Source: Sedimentisphaerales bacterium
Lineage (GTDB): Bacteria > Planctomycetota > Phycisphaerae > Sedimentisphaerales > Anaerobacaceae
Assembly: GCA_963708075.1 (NCBI GenBank)
Contig: OY970194.1
Location: forward strand, 7,136,001 to 7,200,000
Direction of reading: 5' to 3'
DNA: 64,000 nt
The position numbers and the translations under genes are program-made. The notes below the pieces were generated by a model that made no database searches, was not told where the DNA came from, and saw nothing but the letters and a program-made list of their open reading frames with translations. Shown one piece after another: positions 38,757 to 49,442 of the stretch; positions within the stretch are counted from its first letter, which is position 1, and each line of letters begins with the position of its first letter.

Positions 38757-38912
38757 GCAATCGGCGCGCGTACGACGCAAGAAGATGGTTTACCGACGCC
38801 GCAAGTATATTGTCTTGTTCGGTACGCAACCGCTGATGCTGGACCGCATCGCGGAGCAGATCGGCGCGTTGCTGCGCTGCTTCGAGCGGAGGGGTGATTG
38901 CCCTGGAAAAGA

Positions 38913-39011
38913 GAATCAAGGATCAAGAGTCAAAGATCAAAAGTGGCGGAATCACCTGCGGCGATGCTTTCTTGCTTTTGATCTTTGAAATTTGATTTTT
39001 GATTTTCAATG
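38913..39011. repeat. Heptamer-array hairpin element, TCAAA/TTTGA family, copy 2
   Basis: Core gtggcggaatcacctgcggcgatgc; same orientation as copy 1. Confidence 0.9.
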
Positions 39012-39266
39012 CCGCACAGGTGTTCGGCGACTCGATGAAAATGCTACAGATTTTGTCGAGAAAGGCTTGAGTGCTTCCGGCGTGCGTACCGATACATTCC
39101 CTGTGAGCGGTCAAACCCTCGTGGAACGGAAATCCATCGCCACGCAACTTTCAAAGGCGCCAACTGTGTTGACCTTTCTTCCGTGCATGGATCGTGTGCC
39201 AGTCCCCGTAAGAGGCAGACCGTGACAGCGGTGATCTCAACACCTGCCGGGTTGAAGGAGTGACGC

Positions 39267-42200
39267 ATGCAGGGACCATCGAGAAGGACACTCAACGTCA
39301 TCGCCATGTTCGCAGCCATCAACGTCGCAGGTCTGGCGTGGATTCACCACGACCTGACGAGCGCTCCCATGGCGACCGTCCGCGTGCTCTCCGCTTCGCT
39401 GTCGCCAGGAGCCGACAACCCGGACCGGGTCCGGCTGGTCTTCGACCGCGACATGATTGCGGAGGCGTCAGTCGGCCGGATCGAGAAAGCCGGCATATTC
39501 GACCTCGCCCCGGCCTGGCCCGGCCAGTGGATCTGGGCCGCCCGCGACCGGATCGAGTACATCCTCGACAAACCCTTCGCATCAGGACGCGTCCTGAGAC
39601 TCCGTGCCACACAGCAGGTGAGAGAGGCCACCGGCAGGACCGTGGAGGGCACGAGTGAATTCACGCTCATCGCCTGCCCCTTGCGCCTCGTGTCGTCCGA
39701 GGTCGTGGCTTCCGACGGCAGCGACATCACTGTGCAGGTGACCTTCAACCAGCCGGTGGACCCGGGCGAGTTCCTTCGCCATGTGAGTCTCTGTGACGGC
39801 AAGACCCTTGCCGTGCTGGCTGAGCCTCAGTGCCTGACGAAAGGCCCCCAGAAGGACATGGTGATCCGCTTTGCCCGTCCCGAGTCCAATTGCTTCACGA
39901 TGGTCCTCGATGCGTCCCTGGCCGGCTATGAGGGCGATGCAGGGTTGGGCAATTCCGTTTCTATCACCCGCGAGGTCGCCCCCGGTTTTGCCCTGCTTCA
40001 CACCTATGTAGGCGCGCCCGATCTCGATGAGAGCGCCTCCGTGCGGCTGTTCTTCTCGCACGAGCTCGGCGATCAGCAAGGGCTCCAACTGGAGGTACAA
40101 CCCGCGGTGGAGGATTTCCATGTTCATCTTTCCGATAACGCCCTGATCGCAAGCGGCAAGTTCACGGCCGGCAGGCAGTACACGATCCGGGTGCCGGGAA
40201 CTCTGTTGTCCGAAGAGGGAAAGACCCTTGGCGAGGATGTGTCCGTCAGGGCGGAGTTTCCGGACTACACGCCGGCCATTGCGTTCGAACACAGCGGAGG
40301 GATCCTGTCGCCCCTGGGCACGCTCGCCGTGGATGCCAAAGGCGTCAACCTGGAGCAGGTGGCGGTACAGGTCTGGAGAGTACATGCCAACAACCTCGTG
40401 CCCCACCTGCACCAGGCAGACGTGGACCAAACGTCGCAGTCTGTGCTCGAGAAAACGATCCCCGTGAAGCTGCCCCATAATCAGCCGACGAAGCTGGTCC
40501 TGGGGCTTGAGGAACTGCTGTCCAGGCCGCTGGGGATCTACCGCGTCGAGGCGTGGTCCGCCGACCATAGGTGGACCCGCGATGAGACGATCGTCACGAT
40601 CACGGACCTTGCGATCACGGCTAAACGCCATCGCGACGGATATCTGGTCTGGGTCACATCGCTGCGAACCGCCGAACCTGTGCCGGGCGTTGTGGTCAGC
40701 GGCCTGACCTATAACAACCAGAAGGTCGCGACGGCCAAGACAGATGCGAATGGAATCGCCGAGCTGCAATTTGCCGGTCGCCGCCGGGATGGCGACATAT
40801 GGGTGATCACAGCCGCCAAAGACGGCGATCTAAGCTACCTGCAGCCGGGCGACAACCAGTGGGTGATCGACAACGTCGACCAGCGAGGCAGGCCCTATGC
40901 GGATCATTATGAGACAATACTCTATACCGACCGGGGCGTCTATCGACCCGGAGAGACCGTCCACCTCACGGGAGTCATTCGAGACACAACGGGAGCCATC
41001 GCCTCGCATTTTCCGCTATCTATTAAGATATACCGACCCGATGGCCGCCGGGTGTCTGATTTGACCGTCAGCCGTCGTGGAAAGGACCAGGGAATATTTC
41101 ATACAAGCTTCACTCCGTCCGCCGAAGCCCAGACCGGACCTTACCAGTTCTGTGTCACGCTGCCCGGCTCGGACGATGTGCTCGGTTCGACAAGCGCGCT
41201 TGTGGAGGCCTTTGTGCCTGTGCGGATGGAAGTGACGGCGGCGCCGTCCGGCGAGCGATTCGGCCCCAACACGCCGCCCGTCGTGAAGATCGCCGGCCGA
41301 TATCTTTGGGATCAACCCGCTGCGGATTTACCCGTGAAGATCGAAGGCACCTTGTGGCCAGCCGCCTTTGAATCGAAGGCCCACCCCGACTTCCAGTTTG
41401 GGTCGAATCATCGCCAGGCTCCTATTCTAATGCCGGCGGCCGACAGCCAATTGGATGGGCAAGGCGAGTGCGAGGTACAGGTGAAGCTGCCGGAGAACCT
41501 GAAAGCGGGACTGTATGCCATGCGACTATCCGCCACCGTCACTGAGCCGGGCGGTCGATCCGTCTCGTCCAACACTTCGGCGACTCTGGACCTGCTGGAC
41601 ACTCATGTCGGACTTCGTCTGGCAAAGGGACAGGTAATCCCGGTGGACGAGACGATCCCGGTGGACTGGATACTCCGGACCGGCCGGGACCAGCCCGCGA
41701 CTTCCGCCGGGATGACCGTGCAACTGATGCGAGTCGAGTACGACACGGCTTTGAAGAAGGTCGATGGCAGGTATGTCTGGCAGTCTGTGGAGAAGACGCA
41801 GAAGGTGGGGGAGGATCGGACGATCGCGCCGGCTGATGCCCAAGGCTCATTCGAGATCGCCTGCCCGGATTCAGGCATGTACCGCATAGTGGCAACCGAC
41901 GCTCGCAGCGACAGTTCCACATGCCTGGAGTTCTACGCTTCCCGCGAGAGCAACGGGATCCAGAGTCTGGCGATGAACCAGCCGGAGCGTGTGGAGATCA
42001 TCACCGATAAGAAGAAGTACCTGCCGGGGGAGAAAGCGAAAGTTCTTTTGCGCAGTTCCGTCCCGGGCACCGTTCTTCTGACAGTTGAGACGGATAGTGT
42101 CATTGCTCATCACGCTGCGAAGATTGCGGAGAACACGTGCGAGCTTGAGGTTCCCTTGCCTTCGGACCTTCGCGGCAGCGCCTTCCTCACGGCCACGGTT

Positions 42201-44606
42201 GTGCGGGCAGTCGATCCGAATCAGGAGAGCTGGCTGCCGCACCGAGGGCTGGGCACTGTCCAAGTGCTGATGGACCACGCCTCGCGCCGAATCCCGGTGC
42301 GCATCGATGCTCCGACGAAGGCGCGGCCCGGCGAGGCCGTGACCGTGACGGTCGACGCAGGCCGTCCGAGCGACCCGAATCAACCTGCAATGGTGCACGT
42401 ATGGGCGGTGGATGAGGGAATCCTGCTGACCAGTGCCTATGAGACGCCTGACCTGCATGAATTCTTTCTCGGACCACGATTGGCGGGTGTCTGCACGGCC
42501 GATGTCTTCGGGTGGCTGCTGCCCGACTACAAGAGACCCGGCGGCATGACTCGCATCGGCGGCGACGGATTCGATGTGGATGCGCTTCGCCGCAGCCCGG
42601 TGCCGACGCGTAGCCGCGAGCCGGCGGTGGTCTGGCGAGAGGCGGTCCCGGTGGACAGCGAGGGCAAAGTGACGGTGCGGATGCAACTGCCCGATTTGAC
42701 CGGGCAACTGCGGATTATGGCGGTGGCCGTGGACCACGACCGATACGGCACGGGCGAACACGCCCTCACTGTCACTTCACCCCTTCTCGTGGAAGCGAGC
42801 TGGCCGCGGTTTGCCGCCCCGGGCGACCGGTTCACTGTGCCGGTCAAGCTGTTCAACTCGACGGAGAAACCTTTGGCCGTCCGGATGAAGACGACCGTCT
42901 CCGGCCCCGTTGAGTTATCTCTGGACGAGGGCGCGGAAGGTCCCACTGTTGAGGCCGGCAAGCCGGCGACGCGACTTCTGCAGGGCAGGGCGACCGGGAC
43001 GGGACCCGTGGAGGTGAAGATCGAGGCTGTCGAAGATGGGCCCGCTGCTACGCCGCTGGAGGCGCATTGCCTGGCCGCTCTGCCGGTACGTCCCGCGACC
43101 GCACTGCACTCGATAGTGGAGTTGAAGGCTGTTCCCGCAGGTCAGGAGGTCCGCGTTGAACCGCCGGACCTGTTCCTGAAGGGGACCGTTCAAATGACGG
43201 TTTCGGTGAGTGCCCGGCCGAGCGTCGAGCTGGAGGCGGCGTTGGAAGAACTGATCGGCTACCCCTATGGCTGCGTCGAGCAGACAAGCAGCCGCCTGCT
43301 GAGTCTGCTTTATGCGTCCCGAATCCTTGATCCAAATCGCGCGAAGGCAATCGATGGCATGGTGAATGCGGGCATCACCCGGCTGTGGTCCATGCAGACG
43401 CCGTCCGGCGGTCTGAGCTACTGGCCGGGCCAACCCTCGGCCTGTCTATGGGGGACTGCCTACGCCGCCTCCTGCCTGCTGGAAGCGAAGAATGCCGGCT
43501 ACCAGATCGATTCCCGCTTCACGGGCGAGCTGGTCAAGTTCCTGGAAAGCAGGCTCCGGGCAGCCGACTATGACGTTCCGGACCTGAATACAAAAGCGTT
43601 GATCTGTCACGTTCTCGCCACGTTCGGGCAGCCGCCGCACGGTTGGATGGCGAGGCTGGCGGAGCAGAAAGGCAAGCTGGATGTGGCTGCCCTGGTGCAT
43701 TTGGCGGGCGCGTTCCACGCGGCGGGCAACAAAGAGAAAGCTCTCTCGCTGCTTCCCGACGACCCGCCTGCTGCGGCGGTCGCCACGACAACGACCGGGC
43801 GATTGACATCGCAGGTTCAGCAGGAGGCTGTCTGGCTGAGCGCGCTGCTGGAGATCGATCCAAACCACCCGATGGTCACTCCGCTGGCGGCAAGCCTGAA
43901 CAAGGCTCGATCCAATGGCCAGTGGGGCAGTACCCTGAACAACGCCACAGTGATCGCGGCGCTGGCCCGCTACCAGGCCATGACGGCACGGGATCAGCCG
44001 GAATTCACGGGCGTCATCGAGGCAGAAGGCGGCCGGACTGCCCCCTTCAGCTACAAAGAGCCTGCGTCACTTGATTTACGCAGCGACGCCGGGCCAATTC
44101 GCATCACCTCCGAGGGACGCGGGACGCTCTATATCATCACAACGAGCAAGGGCCTTGTCCGGGATGACCTGGTCAAACCCTATGAGCGCCAGTTACACGT
44201 CGAGCGCCGCTGGACGGACCGCCAAGGCAAGCCGGTGGATGCAAATGGACTGGCGGTAGGCGATCTTGTGCAGGTGGAAATCACCGTGAGCACACCCGCC
44301 GGGACGGTCAATAACATCGCGATTGTGGACGCCCTTGCCGGCAGCATGGAGGTCGAGAACCCGCGGCTGGCTACCTCCGCTGAGACAGGCGAGCCCGACG
44401 GGGATTTCCCGGACCATATCGAATTCCTGGACGATCGTGTCGTGCTGTTCTGCACCGCGGATTCTCACAAGAGGACATTCAGGTATGCTCTGCGGGTGAT
44501 CACCGCCGGCGAATTTGCCCTGCCTCCCATTCAGGCGTCGTGTATGTATGACCCTGCCATCGCCTGCCTGGGAAAGGCCGGACGAGTCGTTGTCCGGGAT
44601 CGGTGA
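39267..44606 (+). CDS. Bacterial alpha-2-macroglobulin (YfhM-like)
   Basis: 1779 aa; YTDRGVYRPGE, AVDEGIL, PRFAAPGD, thioester motif YPYGCVEQ; adjacent to pbpC. Confidence 0.95.
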   Translation: MQGPSRRTLNVIAMFAAINVAGLAWIHHDLTSAPMATVRVLSASLSPGADNPDRVRLVFDRDMIAEASVGRIEKAGIFDLAPAWPGQWIWAARDRIEYILDKPFASGRVLRLRATQQVREATGRTVEGTSEFTLIACPLRLVSSEVVASDGSDITVQVTFNQPVDPGEFLRHVSLCDGKTLAVLAEPQCLTKGPQKDMVIRFARPESNCFTMVLDASLAGYEGDAGLGNSVSITREVAPGFALLHTYVGAPDLDESASVRLFFSHELGDQQGLQLEVQPAVEDFHVHLSDNALIASGKFTAGRQYTIRVPGTLLSEEGKTLGEDVSVRAEFPDYTPAIAFEHSGGILSPLGTLAVDAKGVNLEQVAVQVWRVHANNLVPHLHQADVDQTSQSVLEKTIPVKLPHNQPTKLVLGLEELLSRPLGIYRVEAWSADHRWTRDETIVTITDLAITAKRHRDGYLVWVTSLRTAEPVPGVVVSGLTYNNQKVATAKTDANGIAELQFAGRRRDGDIWVITAAKDGDLSYLQPGDNQWVIDNVDQRGRPYADHYETILYTDRGVYRPGETVHLTGVIRDTTGAIASHFPLSIKIYRPDGRRVSDLTVSRRGKDQGIFHTSFTPSAEAQTGPYQFCVTLPGSDDVLGSTSALVEAFVPVRMEVTAAPSGERFGPNTPPVVKIAGRYLWDQPAADLPVKIEGTLWPAAFESKAHPDFQFGSNHRQAPILMPAADSQLDGQGECEVQVKLPENLKAGLYAMRLSATVTEPGGRSVSSNTSATLDLLDTHVGLRLAKGQVIPVDETIPVDWILRTGRDQPATSAGMTVQLMRVEYDTALKKVDGRYVWQSVEKTQKVGEDRTIAPADAQGSFEIACPDSGMYRIVATDARSDSSTCLEFYASRESNGIQSLAMNQPERVEIITDKKKYLPGEKAKVLLRSSVPGTVLLTVETDSVIAHHAAKIAENTCELEVPLPSDLRGSAFLTATVVRAVDPNQESWLPHRGLGTVQVLMDHASRRIPVRIDAPTKARPGEAVTVTVDAGRPSDPNQPAMVHVWAVDEGILLTSAYETPDLHEFFLGPRLAGVCTADVFGWLLPDYKRPGGMTRIGGDGFDVDALRRSPVPTRSREPAVVWREAVPVDSEGKVTVRMQLPDLTGQLRIMAVAVDHDRYGTGEHALTVTSPLLVEASWPRFAAPGDRFTVPVKLFNSTEKPLAVRMKTTVSGPVELSLDEGAEGPTVEAGKPATRLLQGRATGTGPVEVKIEAVEDGPAATPLEAHCLAALPVRPATALHSIVELKAVPAGQEVRVEPPDLFLKGTVQMTVSVSARPSVELEAALEELIGYPYGCVEQTSSRLLSLLYASRILDPNRAKAIDGMVNAGITRLWSMQTPSGGLSYWPGQPSACLWGTAYAASCLLEAKNAGYQIDSRFTGELVKFLESRLRAADYDVPDLNTKALICHVLATFGQPPHGWMARLAEQKGKLDVAALVHLAGAFHAAGNKEKALSLLPDDPPAAAVATTTTGRLTSQVQQEAVWLSALLEIDPNHPMVTPLAASLNKARSNGQWGSTLNNATVIAALARYQAMTARDQPEFTGVIEAEGGRTAPFSYKEPASLDLRSDAGPIRITSEGRGTLYIITTSKGLVRDDLVKPYERQLHVERRWTDRQGKPVDANGLAVGDLVQVEITVSTPAGTVNNIAIVDALAGSMEVENPRLATSAETGEPDGDFPDHIEFLDDRVVLFCTADSHKRTFRYALRVITAGEFALPPIQASCMYDPAIACLGKAGRVVVRDR

Positions 44607-44628
44607 GCCTGAGACGTGGTTCGAAAGG

Positions 44629-46713
44629 ATGCGAAGTCCCTTGCGTACGCACGGCGAGATTATTACGAGACTGCTGAAGAGGCTGTTGCAGACACTCGCT
44701 CTCTGCGCAGTGCTCCTGGTGGTCGCTTTCATTGTGGCGTGGCACCTGTGTCCGTTCCCTCGGGAGCGCTTGCAGCGATGGTCCAGCAGTCCCAGTGTAC
44801 TCGATGCCAGGGGCAGGCAGATGTTCAGCGTCGTCGGCCCGGATGAGCAGTGGCGATATCCCGTCCGCATGGCAGATGTCTCGCCCCGGCTGATTCAGGC
44901 GACGATTGCCGTGGAGGATGAGCGATTCTATCGTCATCCGGGCGTCGATCCAACTGCCGTTTTGCGTGCGGCCGCACAGAATCTGCTGGCCGGCCGGATC
45001 GTGTCTGGGGCCTCCACGCTGGACATGCAGGTATGCCGGATGATGGACGACCGCCCTCGCACCTGCACGGCGAAAATCGTAGAGACGTTCAGAGCACTCC
45101 AACTGAATCACCTTATGAATAAGGACCAGATTCTGGAGACCTACCTGAACGTCGCGCCCTATGGCGGCAATCTGCGGGGGGTGGAAGCGGCGTCCCTGGC
45201 GTATTTCAACAAGCGGGCGAAAGACCTGTCCCTGTCCGAGGCGGCTCTGATTGCCGGCCTGCCGCAGTCGCCGAGCCGGTACCGCCCCGACAGGCACCTT
45301 GATGCAGCGATGAAACGGCAGGGGGTTGTGCTGCGTGCCATGCTCGACAGGCGGATGATTACGTCACAGCAGTTGGCGGAGGCCCAATCCAGCCGCATAC
45401 AGATCCGCCGATCTTCGCCCTTCCCGCGGGCCATCCATGCCAGTTCCCTGGCATTGAGACGAAGACCGGCAGGGGGGCAGACGACGATTGATCTGGATAT
45501 CCAGGGGCAGGTGGAGCGGCTGGCCTGTGAGCACTTGAAAATGCTGCCGGAAGGCACCGACCTGGCTGTCGTCGTGATCGATGTTGCGAATTCGGCCATC
45601 GTGGCGATGCTTGGCTCCGGCGACCCCGGTGATCCGGTCGATGGACAGGTCAATGGCGTTCTGGCGAAACGGAGCCCCGGTTCGGCACTCAAGCCCTTCA
45701 TCTACGCCACCGCATTCGAGATGGAGCGGCTCAACGGCGAATCCCTGGTGTACGATGTGCCCATTTCCCGCGGCGGCTGGACGCCCGCCAATTTCGACAG
45801 GACCCACGCAGAGCAGATCAGTGCCGCGGAGGCGCTGAGGCGGTCCCTCAACGTACCGGCAATCCTGGTCGCTGAGGAGACTGGGCTGGCCCGCTGCTGC
45901 GGCGTATTGGAGGCAGTCGGGGTCCATCTCCCTGCCGATGCTCACAAGCGTGGTGGACTGGCTCTGACCGTGGGGGCCATGGAAGTGACATTGCTGGATC
46001 TGACCAACGCGTACGCTACGCTCTCGCGTCACGGCGTCCGCCGGCAGCCCCGCCTGTTCGTGGACGAATCCGGCGATCAGACCCGCGCCCTCAAAGCCGA
46101 GGTCTGTGCCTCCATCAGCGATATCCTTTCCTCAAGGCGCCGGCAGCCGGCGATGGTGGGGGGCCCGTCCGCCGGCGATCTGCCCTGGTTCATGTGGAAG
46201 ACGGGGACCAGCTCGGGCCACCGGGATGCCTGGGCGGTCGGTCACAACTATCGATATGCAATCGGCGTCTGGGTGGGACGGTTTCGGGGGACCGGCCGAC
46301 TGGAGTACGTCGGGGCCGACGCCGCCGAACCGCTGCTGTGCAGGTTGTTCTGTCTGGTGCAACTGCGAGCCGAGGGGGACCCGCCGGCGCCGGCGGCGCT
46401 TCACGTCCGCCGGCCTCTGTCGCTGCCCAGGGAATTGATCGAGGACCTGCGGATCACCACCCCGGGTGCGAACGAGGTATTCATTGCTGTGGACGGCTCG
46501 GCGGTTGTGCACGCCCGAGCCAATCGCGATGATGACAACTCGTGGTTCCTCAACGGCAAGCTCGAAGGCAAAGGCCAAGTGCGGCGGCTCGTGTTGACCC
46601 CGGGGACCTACGAGCTTCGCTGTGTCAGCCGGCAGGGCTCATCCTCAGTAGTCACAGTCAGCGTATGCTCACCCGAAAACGCCAACGGGCGTGGTCACGC
46701 TGCGGTTCCGTGA
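44629..46713 (+). CDS. pbpC: Penicillin-binding protein 1C
   Basis: Transglycosylase EDERF..H.GVD and SGASTL.MQ; transpeptidase GSALKPF, SLN, KTGTSSG; C-terminal WFLNG; follows alpha-2-macroglobulin. Confidence 0.93.
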   Translation: MRSPLRTHGEIITRLLKRLLQTLALCAVLLVVAFIVAWHLCPFPRERLQRWSSSPSVLDARGRQMFSVVGPDEQWRYPVRMADVSPRLIQATIAVEDERFYRHPGVDPTAVLRAAAQNLLAGRIVSGASTLDMQVCRMMDDRPRTCTAKIVETFRALQLNHLMNKDQILETYLNVAPYGGNLRGVEAASLAYFNKRAKDLSLSEAALIAGLPQSPSRYRPDRHLDAAMKRQGVVLRAMLDRRMITSQQLAEAQSSRIQIRRSSPFPRAIHASSLALRRRPAGGQTTIDLDIQGQVERLACEHLKMLPEGTDLAVVVIDVANSAIVAMLGSGDPGDPVDGQVNGVLAKRSPGSALKPFIYATAFEMERLNGESLVYDVPISRGGWTPANFDRTHAEQISAAEALRRSLNVPAILVAEETGLARCCGVLEAVGVHLPADAHKRGGLALTVGAMEVTLLDLTNAYATLSRHGVRRQPRLFVDESGDQTRALKAEVCASISDILSSRRRQPAMVGGPSAGDLPWFMWKTGTSSGHRDAWAVGHNYRYAIGVWVGRFRGTGRLEYVGADAAEPLLCRLFCLVQLRAEGDPPAPAALHVRRPLSLPRELIEDLRITTPGANEVFIAVDGSAVVHARANRDDDNSWFLNGKLEGKGQVRRLVLTPGTYELRCVSRQGSSSVVTVSVCSPENANGRGHAAVP

Positions 46714-46820
46714 CGAACTCGCGGCCTTCGCCAACCCCACCTTCGGGAACTGAAAAGCACTACGCTGCGCTAATCTTGCAGCCCGTGCGGGCTGTGGCCC
46801 GACAACATCGGCGGGCGTGG

Positions 46821-47048
46821 TCAGGTCCAGATTGAGTAAATCTGATGCCAGAGGAAGATCAGGCGAGTGGCGAGGGAATGGCCTCCGAGAACCGCGCCGG
46901 CGATTACCGCCACGACTACGTAAACCGCCAGCAACAGCGCGACGACCGTGACGATGCGATGCGTGATGAGCAGCCACCGGGCCATGGGCCTGTGTTCGAG
47001 CCCTATGTGCATGGGCACAGAATCCGATCTGTCCTTGAAGCTCGGCAT
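46821..47048 (-). CDS. Small membrane protein, hypothetical
   Basis: GGAGGAG RBS; 75 aa with a long hydrophobic segment. Confidence 0.55.
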   Translation of the reverse strand: MPSFKDRSDSVPMHIGLEHRPMARWLLITHRIVTVVALLLAVYVVVAVIAGAVLGGHSLATRLIFLWHQIYSIWT

Positions 47049-47171
47049 CTGACTCCTCCGGATATGCGCAGACCGCAACTACAGCACTTATCGGACGCCT
47101 TGAACTCCTCCATGAAGTGCGTGCCGAAACGGGGGCATTTCCCCTACTCCATGATGCCATTTTATCGCAAA

Positions 47172-47260
47172 CAAGATCAAAAGTCAAATGTCAAAACGGC
47201 GGAACCGCCTGCGGCGATGCTCTCTTACTTTTGATCTTTGAGATCTGATTCTTGATCTTC
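47172..47260. repeat. Heptamer-array hairpin element, TCAAA/TTTGA family, copy 3
   Basis: Core acggcggaaccgcctgcggcgatgc; abuts the response regulator stop codon. Confidence 0.9.
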
Positions 47261-47265
47261 GTTTG

Positions 47266-47871
47266 TCAACCCACTGCCTGGCGCGCTCGTAACTGAAACA
47301 CGTCGGCTCGCTGAACCAGTTGAGCCACGTTCTTGGCGCCGAACTTGTGCATGAGACGGTGCCGGTGCGCTTCAATCGTCCTGATCGAGCGGTTCAGGGC
47401 GGTGGCGATCTGCCGGCTGGTCTTGCCCTCCACGATGTCGCGCAGCACCTGAGCTTCGATACTGGACAGCCCCTCCTGCAACGAATGGGCGGGTTTCACA
47501 GCGGCTTCCAGAACCCGCCTGACGGCGGACAGCAGGTTCTGGCGATCCAGCGGCTTTTCGAGAAAATCCGCTGCGCCCGCCTTCATTGCCGCCACGGCCA
47601 GGGGAATATCCCCATAGCTGGTCATGATAATCACCGGCAGCCAGGGGAAATGACGTTTGATATTGTGGAGCAGCGACATGCCGCCCATGCCGTCCATGAT
47701 GATATCGGCAATGACGGCGTCGCACGCCTGTTGCCCCAGGGCATCAATGCAGTCCTCGGCCGAAGAGAAAACGCTCACGTGCATACCTGAACTTTCCAGG
47801 GCTCTCTTGACGGCGGCTTGAATGCCCGGGTCATCATCCACGAGAAAGACATGTGCTTCGTGCAAATCCAT
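47266..47871 (-). CDS. FixJ/LuxR-family response regulator
   Basis: VDDD, phosphoacceptor D in IADIIMDGMGG, FLEKP, HTH S.RTIEAHR..LM.K. Confidence 0.93.
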   Translation of the reverse strand: MDLHEAHVFLVDDDPGIQAAVKRALESSGMHVSVFSSAEDCIDALGQQACDAVIADIIMDGMGGMSLLHNIKRHFPWLPVIIMTSYGDIPLAVAAMKAGAADFLEKPLDRQNLLSAVRRVLEAAVKPAHSLQEGLSSIEAQVLRDIVEGKTSRQIATALNRSIRTIEAHRHRLMHKFGAKNVAQLVQRADVFQLRARQAVG

Positions 47872-47893
47872 TCTCCATCCTCCTATCACCCAC

Positions 47894-48772
47894 TCAGATT
47901 CGACTTACGGGCAGGATCACCGTGAATGTGGTCCCCTCTCCATATCGGTTCTGTACTGAAATCCGTCCGCCTCTTTGGCGCACGATTCTACGTGCGATGC
48001 AAAGCCCCAGGCGGGTTCCCTTGCCTGTGGACTTCGCGGCAGCGAACGGGTCAAAGATCTGTTGCAGACACGCCGGATCGATTCCGCCGCAATCATCCTG
48101 AAAATCGAGGGCAATTCGGCCATCCTGTTGCGCTCCGGTGATCAGGAGGCGGTGGTCGCTCCTGCCATCTGCCGCCAGCAGGGCATCCTGGATCAGAGCG
48201 AAGAAAAGCTGCTCGCAATCACTTTCTCGCATCCGAATCGCAGGCAAGGCGTCCAGGTTCTCTGTCCGCAGATGAACCCGCGCCTGCTGTGCACTTGGCT
48301 CCAACAAGCGAAAAACCCTCTCCGCGATGTGACTGACGCAAACGTCGGTTCTCGATGGTCCTGGGAAGCCATCCAACGGTGCCACGGGAGTTCTTGATGA
48401 CCGTCGCTACGGTCGTGGAAGCCGCAAGCGCGATCTGCAAGTCCCGTTTGACGGCGGCCGAGCAATTCGATTTGACCGATTCGGCCAACGCATTCTGGAT
48501 GGCCAGTTGGATGACGCTGATCGGTTGCGCCAACTCCTGGAGCAGTGTGGTGCCGAACATATCGAGCGAGCCAAACGGCTGCGCGTGCGCCGTGTTCGCG
48601 CGCGACTCTTGCCGCTCCTCCGGAGTCGGGTGCTGTGCGACAGGCGCAGTGGGCTCCAATTGCGGCGATTCGCTGCTTGTCAACTGGATGTGAGCACTGT
48701 CTTCTCTTACGCCTGGCTGTTGATCTCTATCACGATCGGCCACGCAACACTCATGATTCGCTTCAAATCCAT
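47894..48772 (-). pseudogene. Degenerate or frameshifted cytoplasmic histidine kinase
   Basis: DHp-like LQELAQPISVI (His replaced by Gln) in one frame; HATPase (DDCGGID, IFDPF, GTRLGL, GTTFTV.LP) in another; shift near 48370. A possible further shift lies just after the RBS-led ATG at 48772. Confidence 0.7.
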
Positions 48773-49256
48773 GACATCCTTACCTCCGTTTCCACACTGG
48801 CTCCAGTTCCAGCCGATCCGCTTCCTTGCGGGCCGCGTGTACTCTATGGAAGGGCAGCGTAATTTGCAAGAGAAAAATCTGCGTGCCGCTGTTTTCGAGT
48901 GGATGGCCGCACGAGCGGTGATTTGCCGTGGTGTTCTCGTGACGCGAGGAAGGGCCGCGCATGCCGGGGCTGCCTGTCACTGAGTAGTTGCCGCATCGCG
49001 CGACGCAGAAAAATGGAAGATGGCGGTGCAAATCGGGTAGTTACCACAATTGATGTTGCGCCGGCCCGCCGGTATCTTGGCGACTACACCATGGATTGGG
49101 GGCCTGCCCGATGAGGGCAGGAGTCACACGGAAGTGACCTTTATGTTACTGGGACGTGCAGGAGCACTCGCGACGGCAGTCAGTGGGTGTCGCACAGCCA
49201 GTTACGTACAAATGCCCCGTTGTCACCGACGGGCCCCGGAGGCTTGCTTGTGCACG

Positions 49257-49442
49257 GGCATGGGCGATAGCTTCGACATCGTCTCCGGCGCCGCCAGGAG
49301 GGCTCCGAAGCTCTTTCGAACGACAGGGACCGAGTTCCTCTTTCGCTTCGTCATGGAGCCGCGCAAGAGGCTGTCCCACCAGGCAACTCTTCTGCGCTTC
49401 TTGTTCAGAGTTATCAGGATGAGGGTATCGGAGGCAACATGA
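49257..49442 (+). pseudogene. C-terminal remnant of a WecB/TagA/CpsF (WecG-type) glycosyltransferase
   Basis: GMGDSFDIVSG...RAPK.....GTEFLFRFVMEPRKRL matches the family C-terminal signature GVGGSFD..AG...RAP......GLEW..R...EP.RL. No N-terminal two-thirds upstream. Confidence 0.7.

Noticed and set aside
38661..47260. Repeats with spacers as a CRISPR array
   Set aside because: Only three ~95-bp degenerate copies with irregular spacing, and no cas genes.
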